A stretch of DNA of 64,000 nt from an uncultured Chloroflexia bacterium (lineage in GTDB: Bacteria > Chloroflexota > Dehalococcoidia > GIF9 > UBA5629). Position 1 is the first letter of the stretch, and every line of letters begins with the position of its first letter. Position numbers and translations under genes: made by a program. The DNA lies in contig OY970123.1 in the NCBI GenBank assembly GCA_963705905.1, positions 275,051-339,050 on the forward strand, in the 5' to 3' direction. Under the pieces are notes generated by a model. That model was given only the letters and a program-made list of their open reading frames with translations. It ran no database searches and was not told the DNA's origin. This document shows, piece after piece, positions 17,712 through 26,279 of this stretch.

Positions 17712-19250
17712 ATGACACAGTACATAATAGCTCACGATGTTGGTACCAGCGGTAACAAGGCAGTTTTGGTTGATGTGCAGGGTGGGGTCCACGGAAAGTG
17801 TCTGGCGCCGTATGAAATCAAATATCCCAAGCCTGGATGGGCGGAGCAGGAGCCGGAAGGCTACTGGAGGGCGGTTACTCAGACCACCAAACAACTTCTT
17901 TCCGATACGGGCGTGTCGGCCTCTGATGTCGTTTGCATTGCTTACTCGACCCAGATGCTGGGCATCATTCCTATGGATGAAAAAACGGGCCCACTTAGCG
18001 ATGCCATTATATGGCTCGACTGTCGTGCTCCCGAGGAAGCCAGCTGGGTTATGAATAAATTTCTCGGACCGACGGTTTTTTCTGTTATTGCAGGGGCTAT
18101 GATTAATGGGAAAGATGGCATACCCAAGCTGGTATGGATGAAAAAAAACCAGCCTGAGATATATAAAAGGATGAAATGTTTTCTGGATGTTGACGGTTAC
18201 CTGATATACCGCAGCACTGGCAGGATGGTTATGGATTGGAGTAACGCATCGGCCTTCGGGCTGGACCTAAAAAAGAAAGTCTGGATGGATGCTATCTTTA
18301 AATATGTAGGGATCGATCCGGGTAAGCTGCCGCCCCTGGCCCGTTCCATAGACAAGGTGGGTGGCTTGACCAGGGAAGCGGCTCAACAGCTTGGCCTGAT
18401 GGAGGGTACTCCGGTAATGGGCGGATCCGGCGATGTCCCATCGGCCGCGGTAGGTTCCGGCGCAGTTGGAGAAGGTGAGGGTCATATCAGCATGGGGACA
18501 TCAGCCTGGGTTGGAGTCGTGACCAAGACGACGCCAACTGGTAAAAACGGCATAGCCGCCATACAATCGGCAGACCCTGAAAAGGCTTTGCTTTTAGCGC
18601 AAATGGAGCTGGCGGGCGGCTGTCTGAAATGGCTTGGCGACCAGGTGTGCAAAATTGAAAAAGCGGATCCGTCAATAACCAATATTTTCGGCTTCATGGA
18701 TGATAAGGTCCTCCAGGTACCCGCAGGATCGGACTATCTTATATTTATGCCCTGGATGTACGGGGAAAGGTCTCCTGTAGCTGATAGCTATATACGCTCC
18801 GGCTATCTTAACCTGACACCTGAACATACCCGTGAACACTTGCTGCGGGCTGTTTATGAGGGTGTGGCCTATAACCTGAGATGGATTATAGAAAGGCTTG
18901 AAAAAGAGTACCATTTCCCCTTGCCTTCGCTTAGACTGATCGGCGGTGGAGCTCTGGGTCAACCCTGGATGCAAATACTGGCCGACGTAACCGGCAAGCG
19001 TATCGAGACCGTAAAAAATCCTCAGGAGGCCGGAGCCGTAGGGGTCGCCATGGCGTCGGCGGTTGGACTGGGGATATATAAGGACTTTGAGTCGTTGAAA
19101 CAGGTAGTAAGTGTGGCTCATACCTATGATCCACAGGAAAAAAATAGAAGTGTCTACGATACACTCTTCAGTTCTTATAAGGACCTGTACGGCTATCTGC
19201 GAAAATTTTACACCAAGCTAAATAAGCAGAGGTGTGAAGTTAATGTGTAA
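17712..19250 (+). CDS. FGGY-family carbohydrate kinase (xylulokinase-like)
   Basis: HDVGTSGNKAVL, PGWAEQEP, IIWLDCRA, GD..SAAVGSG, GERSP, RAVYEGV, IGGGA...WMQILADV. Confidence 0.9.
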   Translation: MTQYIIAHDVGTSGNKAVLVDVQGGVHGKCLAPYEIKYPKPGWAEQEPEGYWRAVTQTTKQLLSDTGVSASDVVCIAYSTQMLGIIPMDEKTGPLSDAIIWLDCRAPEEASWVMNKFLGPTVFSVIAGAMINGKDGIPKLVWMKKNQPEIYKRMKCFLDVDGYLIYRSTGRMVMDWSNASAFGLDLKKKVWMDAIFKYVGIDPGKLPPLARSIDKVGGLTREAAQQLGLMEGTPVMGGSGDVPSAAVGSGAVGEGEGHISMGTSAWVGVVTKTTPTGKNGIAAIQSADPEKALLLAQMELAGGCLKWLGDQVCKIEKADPSITNIFGFMDDKVLQVPAGSDYLIFMPWMYGERSPVADSYIRSGYLNLTPEHTREHLLRAVYEGVAYNLRWIIERLEKEYHFPLPSLRLIGGGALGQPWMQILADVTGKRIETVKNPQEAGAVGVAMASAVGLGIYKDFESLKQVVSVAHTYDPQEKNRSVYDTLFSSYKDLYGYLRKFYTKLNKQRCEVNV

Positions 19251-19266
19251 TTAAGGAGGTATCCTC

Positions 19267-20571
19267 ATGAAAGAAGATGAGTTATTAAGTCAACCGATCG
19301 CTCTGCCCGATGGGATTGACTACGATGAGTACATAATAGGTACTTATACAGTCACATACCCGGCTATCTTCCCCATGCCCAAGCTGGCGCCTCTACTTGC
19401 AGTTGAGCAGAGTACTGGAACATGGGTCGCCGTACCCGGCGAGACACCCGAAGTAAGGCGGAATCATATCGCCAAGGTAATAGGTGTTTATGAGTTGCCT
19501 GACTATGAGTTCTCCGTGCCCGGCGGCTTGCAGGAAAGGAACTGGATGATACAGATCGCCTTCCCTGAAGTCAATATAGGATCCCAGATTCCCATGATGC
19601 TGACTGCCGTTGTGGGCAACATCTCCATGGCGGGACAGATAAAACTGGTAGACATAAGATTTCCTAAGAAATATGTGGATGGCTTTAAGGGTCCAAAGTT
19701 CGGTATCGAAGGCATAAGGAAGCTGCTGGGCGTGAAAAAGAGGCCTTTACTGAACAACATGGTCAAACCCTGCACCGGTTATCCCCTGGAAGTGGGTGCA
19801 GAGTTGTTTAAGCTGGCGGCCCTGGGGGGTTGCGACATAGTTAAAGACGATGAACTGATCGCTGATGCATCTTTCAATTCGGTGAAAGGCCGGGTTAAGC
19901 GCTATATGGAGATAGAGAAGCAAGTCTTTGAGGAGACGGGAGAGCATACGCTTTATACCGTAAATATATCCGACTCGGTGCCCAAAATATTTAAGAACGC
20001 CAAGCGGGCAGTAGAGTTGGGTGTAAACGGCATAATGATAAATTACATTGCTGTGGGGCTGCCTGTTTTGCAGGCACTTGCAGAAGATCCCGAGATCAAT
20101 GTACCGATCCTTGCGCATATGGACGTAGCCGGTGCTCTTTATATGTCACCATTCCATGGTATGAGTTCTCACCTCGTTCTCGGCAAATTGCCCAGACTGG
20201 CCGGTGCAGATATAGTCGTTATACCCGCACCCTATGGCAAAGCTCCTGTCATCACGGAGAAATTCGATGCCATGGCCAGAAATCTCACTTATCCGTTTTA
20301 TAACATCAAACCCACCTGGCCAATGGCATCAGGTGGGATAACCCCTTCAATGGTGCCGAAGGTCATGCAGGAGCTGGGCAACGATATCGTCATCGGTTCC
20401 GGCGGCGGAATCCACGCCCATCCCGGTGGACCCGTAGCCGGCGGCAAGGCTTTCAGACAATCTATCGAGGCGACAATGAAGGGCATATCGCTTGAAGAGT
20501 ATGCCAAGACTCACAAGGAGTTGGCCGCTTCAATCCGGGCATGGACTGACCCCTTTAAGAAAGGCGTATAA
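19267..20571 (+). CDS. RuBisCO-like protein (form IV)
   Basis: EQSTGTW, GPKFGIEG, KPCTG, GGCDIVKDDE (carbamylation motif), SGG and GGGIHAHP. Lacks the form I-III KPKLG Lys and HRA motif. Confidence 0.92.
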   Translation: MKEDELLSQPIALPDGIDYDEYIIGTYTVTYPAIFPMPKLAPLLAVEQSTGTWVAVPGETPEVRRNHIAKVIGVYELPDYEFSVPGGLQERNWMIQIAFPEVNIGSQIPMMLTAVVGNISMAGQIKLVDIRFPKKYVDGFKGPKFGIEGIRKLLGVKKRPLLNNMVKPCTGYPLEVGAELFKLAALGGCDIVKDDELIADASFNSVKGRVKRYMEIEKQVFEETGEHTLYTVNISDSVPKIFKNAKRAVELGVNGIMINYIAVGLPVLQALAEDPEINVPILAHMDVAGALYMSPFHGMSSHLVLGKLPRLAGADIVVIPAPYGKAPVITEKFDAMARNLTYPFYNIKPTWPMASGGITPSMVPKVMQELGNDIVIGSGGGIHAHPGGPVAGGKAFRQSIEATMKGISLEEYAKTHKELAASIRAWTDPFKKGV

Positions 20572-20603
20572 ATTAAACGTAAATCCTAGTCACAAGTTTC
20601 CAG

Positions 20604-20634
20604 AATCAGGCCCCTGCCAGGGGCCTGATTTTTT
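20604..20634 (+). terminator. Intrinsic terminator after the RLP
   Basis: AATCAGGCCCCT-GCC-AGGGGCCTGATT followed by TTTT. Confidence 0.85.
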
Positions 20635-20738
20635 GTTTTACATACATATATATATTATTAATGTAGAAGCGAAAGCCCGTAGCACCCGTCAAACATATGG
20701 GCTGTGTCCGGGCATTACTTTGTTGAGGAGGAAACGGG

Positions 20739-22103
20739 TTGAAGGAATACGACTTTATTGTGGTTGGCTCTGGCTGCGGACTGATAATTGTTGATGAGGC
20801 TGTTGAGCATGACTTAAAAGTGGCGCTGGTGGATACGGGGCCGCTGGGTGGTACCTGCCTCAACGTAGGTTGTATACCGTCCAAGATGCTCACTACCGTT
20901 GCTGACCGCGTAGTTGATATACAGGAGGCAAGGAAACTGGGCGTCAGAGGCAGGGTTACCTCCGTCGATTTCCAATCGGTCATGAGACGAATGCGAAAGG
21001 TAGTAAGCGACGGGAGAGAGCATGTCAGAAAGACTATAGCCAGACAGAAAAAACTCGAATTTTATGAGGGGAAAGGATGCTTTGTAGACGACATGACCAT
21101 GGAAGTAAACGGGGAGAAGATAAAAGGCAAAAGGATATTTTTAGCCTCCGGCTCGAGGACACTGATACCTCCCATCAGAGGGCTTGAAACGGTTGATTAT
21201 CTCACTAATGAGTCGGTTCTAAATCTTAAAAATCAGCCGGAGAGCCTGGTGATTATAGGCGGCGGTTACATAGCGGTGGAGTTGGGACATTTCCTTGCTG
21301 CTATGGGCACCAGGGTCACAATATTGGAGATGGCGGACAGGCTGATTCTTTCGGAGGAGCCGGAAATTTCCGAATTACTGAAAGAGAGGTTGGGCCGGCG
21401 CCTAGAGGTACGTACAGGCGAACTGGTGCAGGAAGTCAGACGTGGGGTGTCCGGGCAGGGTGCAATAGTGCTGACCCAATTTAAAGCTACTGGGGAACAG
21501 AGAGAGTATTCCGCGGAAAGGATTCTGGTTGCGGTCGGCCGCAGGTCTAACGCTGATACTCTGCGGGTGGAAAAAACCGGCGTACAATTGGATCAACGCG
21601 GCTTCATCAAGGTTAATGGCTATATGCAAACGTCGCACCGTCATATTTTCGCAGTCGGAGATGCCAACGGCCAGCAGATGTTCACCCATATCGCCAATAG
21701 AGAAGCCGTTCTGGCAGCCGACCACGTTCTGCACGGCACACGGAAAAAGATGGACTATGGAGCCGCTCCTCATGCCGTTTACTCATATCCTCAGATAGCG
21801 TCTGTCGGCATGACTGAGGAACAGGCACGCATGGAACACAAAATAAGGGTGGGTAAAACAAAATACAGGAGCGTGGCGTACGGTGAGGCCTTGATAGAAA
21901 AGAAAGGCTTTGCCAAAGCTGTAATTGAGGAGAAAACCGACAAGATACTTGGATTCCATATTATTGGGCCGTACGCGCCCATTTTAATCCAGGAAGTCAT
22001 CAATGCCATGCAGTCAAAAGGGAATGTATATGAAATATTTGAAGGCATGCATATACACCCGGCTATGACAGAGCTTATACCTACTACGCTCGGCAATACC
22101 TGA
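20739..22103 (+). CDS. Class I pyridine nucleotide-disulfide oxidoreductase (dihydrolipoyl dehydrogenase / mycothione reductase-like)
   Basis: VVGSG, GGTCLNVGCIPSK, IIGGGYIAVE, FAVGD, HPAMTE. Confidence 0.88.
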   Translation: MKEYDFIVVGSGCGLIIVDEAVEHDLKVALVDTGPLGGTCLNVGCIPSKMLTTVADRVVDIQEARKLGVRGRVTSVDFQSVMRRMRKVVSDGREHVRKTIARQKKLEFYEGKGCFVDDMTMEVNGEKIKGKRIFLASGSRTLIPPIRGLETVDYLTNESVLNLKNQPESLVIIGGGYIAVELGHFLAAMGTRVTILEMADRLILSEEPEISELLKERLGRRLEVRTGELVQEVRRGVSGQGAIVLTQFKATGEQREYSAERILVAVGRRSNADTLRVEKTGVQLDQRGFIKVNGYMQTSHRHIFAVGDANGQQMFTHIANREAVLAADHVLHGTRKKMDYGAAPHAVYSYPQIASVGMTEEQARMEHKIRVGKTKYRSVAYGEALIEKKGFAKAVIEEKTDKILGFHIIGPYAPILIQEVINAMQSKGNVYEIFEGMHIHPAMTELIPTTLGNT

Positions 22104-22124
22104 TAATAGGTAATTCTAGCGACG

Positions 22125-22730
22125 TCATTTGTCCGTAACTTGAGCCTGCTTCAATTCCTTCAATAAGAAGGCAAATATAAGGATACCAAGAGTGTCCGCC
22201 AGGATCATAGGTACGGCAATTATACTGACGAGCTTTAATGCATCCGCGAAAGGGCGGGCGAGAAGAAGCAGCAGGCCCATATCGGCAGCTTCCATAAGGA
22301 AGGCGAAAAGTGCCGGTTTCCAGATACCGATATTGCCCTTCCAGAGCAGGAAAAGAAGGCCGCCGGCCAGGCCGCTGACTGTGGTGCCGATTGCGCAGGG
22401 TACCGCGGTAAAACCACCCATGAAATAGCGGTGCACACCACCGAGCAATCCCGCTCCAAGCCCTACCCATGGGCCTCCCAGCAGGCCGGCAATCATGGGA
22501 CCCAGGTTTCTGATATTGGCAATGGCCCCCGACGTTTGGATGCCCGTATAAGTCCCGTAAACGGCAAAAAGGCCGAATATAACCGCCAGTATCACCTGAT
22601 CGAGGATGCTAAGTTTTTTTGCCAGCATACGATTGAAAAACTCGATGTGGAAAAGCAAAAAGAATACCACCAGCAGGAGACTGGCCCTTTCAATGAGGGT
22701 CCACAAGATGCCGAAAACGGATAAGTCCAT
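22125..22730 (-). CDS. Stand-alone LytS/YhcK-type 5TM receptor domain protein
   Basis: IFGLFAVYGTYTG...AIANIRN...AGLLGGPWVGLGAGLLGGVHRYFMGGFT..PC signature; no kinase domain follows. Confidence 0.85.
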   Translation of the reverse strand: MDLSVFGILWTLIERASLLLVVFFLLFHIEFFNRMLAKKLSILDQVILAVIFGLFAVYGTYTGIQTSGAIANIRNLGPMIAGLLGGPWVGLGAGLLGGVHRYFMGGFTAVPCAIGTTVSGLAGGLLFLLWKGNIGIWKPALFAFLMEAADMGLLLLLARPFADALKLVSIIAVPMILADTLGILIFAFLLKELKQAQVTDK

Positions 22731-23299
22731 GATTACTCCTTTCCCTTGGCGGGCATTATAAAAGACCTGTGTTAATTTTTAACGGCACATATTCTACACC
22801 CTCGTCGGCGGAGCTTTCCATGGCCTGACCATTTACATAAGATTAAAAGTTGGCGGAAGGCGATTTACAAAACTGCGCAAAAACTCTAAATAGCCGATGA
22901 TGTTTTGTTGACTTGAGGCAAGTCCTGAGGTTTAACCGCCTGCCCGGCTAAAACGGTATCAAGATTTAATTGAGACTAAACTTGCCTATTTATTAAAGTA
23001 AATCAACTATACGAATTAATTTGCTACGCATTTTAGGGTACGCTTTGGGTTGCACATTTCTGTAAAAAAATCACGCTCAAAACCGATGTATTGAACATCG
23101 GCGTATGGTTTACTTTAATCAAGGTGAGATAAACCTAGATGCAGAAATTCCTGCTTGCGCAGTAAAGATATCAAAAAGCTGAATCATTCAAAATGACTGT
23201 GCCGGGTCCCGGCCGGTTGCCTGGCGGAGGTGGGGCTCCCGCACCTGGTATTGATCATTCTAGCGCGTCGAAACCTTGAATATTTAAATCAGGAGTACT

Positions 23300-23713
23300 T
23301 TGATGAAAGCGTCACATGCTGCCGTATTCTACGCGATCTTTTTTGTCGTGATCCTGGTTGTGACAGGTGGGTTTGTATTTAAAAGAACCACGCAGGATGT
23401 CTCACCGTTATGGCTAACTCCCCAGGAAGCCAAGAACCTGATCGACAAGACATCCGACGTGGTTGTAATAGATCTGTCACGCCATTTCTTCAATGACGGA
23501 CATCTTCCCGGCGCACTTAACTATCCGCGCTGCGCTCTACCCTATGTGATCTCAAATCTCGATAAAAATAAGACATATATTGTCTACTGCCATTGGACCG
23601 GGGCTCCGCTTGCCAGTGCTTACGATTTGAAAGAAGCCGGATTTAACAATGTCTATGCACTGGAAGGTAATTATGGCGCCTGGGTAGACGCCGGTTACCC
23701 GGTCGTGAATTAA
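23300..23713 (+). CDS. Rhodanese-like domain protein with an N-terminal TM anchor
   Basis: VVVID...GHLPGALN...IVYCH...LKEAGFNNVYALEGNYGAW. Confidence 0.85.
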   Translation: MMKASHAAVFYAIFFVVILVVTGGFVFKRTTQDVSPLWLTPQEAKNLIDKTSDVVVIDLSRHFFNDGHLPGALNYPRCALPYVISNLDKNKTYIVYCHWTGAPLASAYDLKEAGFNNVYALEGNYGAWVDAGYPVVN

Positions 23714-23714
23714 T

Positions 23715-24089
23715 CTATTTAATGAATTTCCCTCCTAGTGTAAAAGGCGTTGCGTATCCGGCACGCGGGATCGATGCCTTAGGAGAATGAGAAGTGTCAG
23801 AATATTCATACGGTTTTGAGACCAGGGTATCCGAATATGGCTTATCAGCCTCTTTGGCGGTCTCCGAAGCGCTTTGCTTGGAGTGGCCGAGCATGATCAA
23901 TAGTCCCGTAACATATAGGCCCAGGAAAGTACCAAGGAACGGAAATATGAACTTCAAGAAATGGATATTTGCAGCGGCGTCGATCTGGTATCCGATCCAG
24001 AAAGCACCGCCCATGCAACCCGGCATGATGATGAACAGCGACAGCGGGAATTTAATGAGGAATTCCCACAAACTGGTATTAACGCCCAT
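23715..24089 (-). CDS. Small membrane protein, AtpZ/AtpI-like
   Basis: Start re-called to ATG 24089 (MGVNTSLWEF); pattern GGAFWIGYQID...FPFLGTFLGL resembles AtpZ/AtpI. Confidence 0.5.
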   Translation of the reverse strand: MGVNTSLWEFLIKFPLSLFIIMPGCMGGAFWIGYQIDAAANIHFLKFIFPFLGTFLGLYVTGLLIMLGHSKQSASETAKEADKPYSDTLVSKPYEYSDTSHSPKASIPRAGYATPFTLGGKFIK

Positions 24090-24097
24090 TACCCTTT

Positions 24098-24211
24098 TTA
24101 ACATGTTCCCAGCACCCAGGTCAGCATTGAGAAGGCCACTATGATAGCTGTAAGAATCCCAACGGCAATAAAAGTGGACACTAATCCGATAGTCCAACCT
24201 TCAGTTTCCAT
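24098..24211 (-). CDS. Unannotated 37-aa single-TM peptide (METEGWTIGLVSTFIAVGILTAIIVAFSMLTWVLGTC)
   Basis: Strong RBS AGGAGG a few nt upstream of ATG 24211; clean hydrophobic helix; stops 8 nt before the next ATG. Confidence 0.6.
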   Translation of the reverse strand: METEGWTIGLVSTFIAVGILTAIIVAFSMLTWVLGTC

Positions 24212-24414
24212 GAATAACCTCCTATCTATTATTTCCGCGGTTCCCGGGCCTACCGTCTTCAATCGCCGGTCCGGGGCCGCCGGATTGCTTAGCCTTTATG
24301 CCAGGATGATGTACACAATAAGGTTTGAATACAATACTATAATCAATTCCTGTAACTATATTATGTTAAAGCGCTTGGTAAACCTTCTTCCAAGACAACT
24401 TGCCGTTGACAGTT

Positions 24415-24627
24415 CTACGATCTGGCGGGAATTCGATCCTGTAAATATTTCAGGCAAATATCCGGGTAGTTGGTGGCGAGGCCCTGCAGAAACCGTCGCC
24501 CCGGCTTTTTATCACCGGTTAAGACCAGACACAGCATCGATGGGGATATGCCCAACTTGGCTGCCAACTTGGCATTGGTCAGCTTCTCCTGTCGCATTAT
24601 ATTGTAAAGCTCGGACTCCAATTTCAT
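24415..24627 (-). CDS. Small XRE/Cro-like HTH regulator (70 aa)
   Basis: MRQEKLTNAKLAAKLGISPSMLCLVLTGDKKPG HTH_XRE pattern; start re-called to ATG 24627. Confidence 0.8.
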   Translation of the reverse strand: MKLESELYNIMRQEKLTNAKLAAKLGISPSMLCLVLTGDKKPGRRFLQGLATNYPDICLKYLQDRIPARS

Positions 24628-24628
24628 G

Positions 24629-24715
24629 TTTACTATATTAAATAAAAAGTTTACTAAAATCAATATCCAAATGGGTAATTTTGACATGATTTTTAAAAAG
24701 ATTTACCATGGTAAA
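24629..24715. promoter_or_regulatory. Divergent promoter region with three related operator-like sites
   Basis: Perfect palindrome TTTACCATGGTAAA (24702-24715); related TTTACTATATTAAA (24629-24642) and TTTACTAAAATCAA (24650-24663); TTGACA-17-TACCAT on + (24681-24709); TTGATT-17-TAATAT on -. Confidence 0.6.
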
Positions 24716-24746
24716 GCGACAGCTTGCCAATAGGCGGTATAAATAG

Positions 24747-25328
24747 ATGTTAAGAGATTTTGTTAAGGATACGCGGTTCAAAAGGGGCTTGTCTCAAGCA
24801 GAGCTGGCCAAGTTGGCCGACCTGTCGCCTTCTTTTATTTGCCGTATTGAAAAAGGTGATTACAAGTCGGTTACCCTGAGTTCCCTGCAAAAACTCTCAC
24901 GCGCCCTGAAGGTTAGCATAAGCGACCTCAGCAACCTCGTTTTAGATAAGAATCCGAAGGAAGATTTGCTAAAGAAAACGCCATATGAGATAATAAGTGA
25001 GCTTTCGCTTTCTTTACCGGCGATCGTGCCGGTTTATGCGGAAATAAATAGCAGGCAGATAATTGAATACGTTTTCGTTCCACGGGAGTTGGCAGCATAT
25101 GGGGGCAAGGAGATGAAGCTGATAGGGATTAAGGCTGCGGAGGTGGAGTACGGCAATGTGGTTCACAAGGGAGACGTAATAATTTGTGGTAAGGACGTGC
25201 CGGCCTCACCAGGTGACCTTTGCCTGAAGATGGAAGGTGAGGAAATGGTCATTGCTCCCTATAAAAAGAAAGACGACTATTTTGCGGTCATACTCCAGGT
25301 CGTCAGAGTCGTTAAAAAGCTCAACTGA
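24747..25328 (+). CDS. XRE-family cI/LexA-like repressor with a degenerate S24 C-terminal domain
   Basis: RGLSQAELAKLADLSPSFICRIEKG HTH; C-terminal IVPVYAEI...EYVFVP...KGDVIIC...PGDLC resembles the S24 fold. Confidence 0.8.
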   Translation: MLRDFVKDTRFKRGLSQAELAKLADLSPSFICRIEKGDYKSVTLSSLQKLSRALKVSISDLSNLVLDKNPKEDLLKKTPYEIISELSLSLPAIVPVYAEINSRQIIEYVFVPRELAAYGGKEMKLIGIKAAEVEYGNVVHKGDVIICGKDVPASPGDLCLKMEGEEMVIAPYKKKDDYFAVILQVVRVVKKLN

Positions 25329-25395
25329 ACCTCAATTAAACCTCCACCCTACTAAGCCGGTGGTAACTCTTATATTCCTTTGTCGCCAGGTAAGT

Positions 25396-26013
25396 CTAAT
25401 GTAAATCCATTACAGACTCTATTGACGCTGGAAGCTGTCTTTGAATCGTAATACTGGAACCTATCGCAGGTTTCACCTGCACTGTAAAATAGGTATTTAC
25501 TGTCAAATTGTCCGACATTGTGTTTCCGGTACCGAGATCGGTAAGGTCTATGGTTATCTCCTTCTGCTCACCGGTTTCCAGCAAGTTATTACCATTTGTA
25601 TACCCCAGGTCTTGAACGGACCATTTCACATTATTGATATAAGTCTGTGCGGTGGTCAGGCTGATGACACATTTATTCTGTGCGCTGGAGGTGCCATCGC
25701 ACGGAGTCATGTCAATAGGATTCCCGGCAATTGCGTTCTTAACTGTAAAAATGATTTTATCCACCGTTGCATTATCGGCGCTGCAGGCCACCACGGAACC
25801 CGATAGCTCCAGGTTACTCTTAGCCTCATTAAGGCCTGCATAAATGGTCTCCTTTCCCTTTTCAGCGGAAAATAGCCCGGCGCTCAGAATCGCGTAGCTG
25901 AAAACAGCGGCCACAGTAACAAATGCGATCAAAATAATCGCAGTCTCCAGCCCGGTCATACCTCTCTGACTACGGTGCATATTAGCTATGGCACTGATCA
26001 ATTTACTAAACAT
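25396..26013 (-). CDS. Archaellin (archaeal-type flagellin, ArlB/FlaB family)
   Basis: Class III signal QRG|MTGLETAIILIAFVTVAAVFSYAILSAGLFS; NLLETGE; C-terminal QVKPAIGS.ITIQRQLP...VMDLH. Confidence 0.9.
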   Translation of the reverse strand: MFSKLISAIANMHRSQRGMTGLETAIILIAFVTVAAVFSYAILSAGLFSAEKGKETIYAGLNEAKSNLELSGSVVACSADNATVDKIIFTVKNAIAGNPIDMTPCDGTSSAQNKCVISLTTAQTYINNVKWSVQDLGYTNGNNLLETGEQKEITIDLTDLGTGNTMSDNLTVNTYFTVQVKPAIGSSITIQRQLPASIESVMDLH

Positions 26014-26189
26014 ATATTTCACCTTCCGAGGTTTTCTAAATTATAGCTATAGGCTAAGGGCAATACAGTAGCCGAAGGTTTAATATAGGTGAGCCAAACG
26101 TCTCTATTTGACTCGATAAACGAAGAAATATGAAATAGATTGGAGTCGAGTGAGCGAACGGTTAAAAAGTAAAACTGTGCCTGAAAATT

Positions 26190-26266
26190 CAATAACGGTT
26201 GCTTCCTAATCACCGAGCCTCACCGAGAGAAGCTCGATGACGGGTCGATTGAAGCAACCGTTATTG
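26190..26266. repeat. Long stem-loop between the two archaellin genes
   Basis: 16-bp perfect inverted repeat CAATAACGGTTGCTTC (26190-26205) / GAAGCAACCGTTATTG (26251-26266), with internal pairings AATC/GATT and CGAGC/GCTCG. Confidence 0.75.
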
Positions 26267-26279
26267 CCGCAGGGAAAAT

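Noticed and set aside
19267-20571. Bona fide CO2-fixing RuBisCO / Calvin cycle (with glpX and transketolase in the window)
   Set aside because: Catalytic motifs deviate (KPCTG, HMD), there is no small subunit or phosphoribulokinase, and glpX/transketolase are unlinked.
23210-23280. ZTP (pfl) riboswitch, suggested by CTGGCGGAGGTGG...CACC
   Set aside because: The downstream CGCCTGGG pseudoknot segment is missing and the gene context does not fit.
24141-24641. ORF-track 166-aa + strand ORF
   Set aside because: It overlaps the Cro-like gene and the small peptide on the opposite strand, and has no recognisable motifs or RBS.
24415-25328. Intact prophage
   Set aside because: No integrase, replication, terminase or structural genes and no att sites around the regulator pair.
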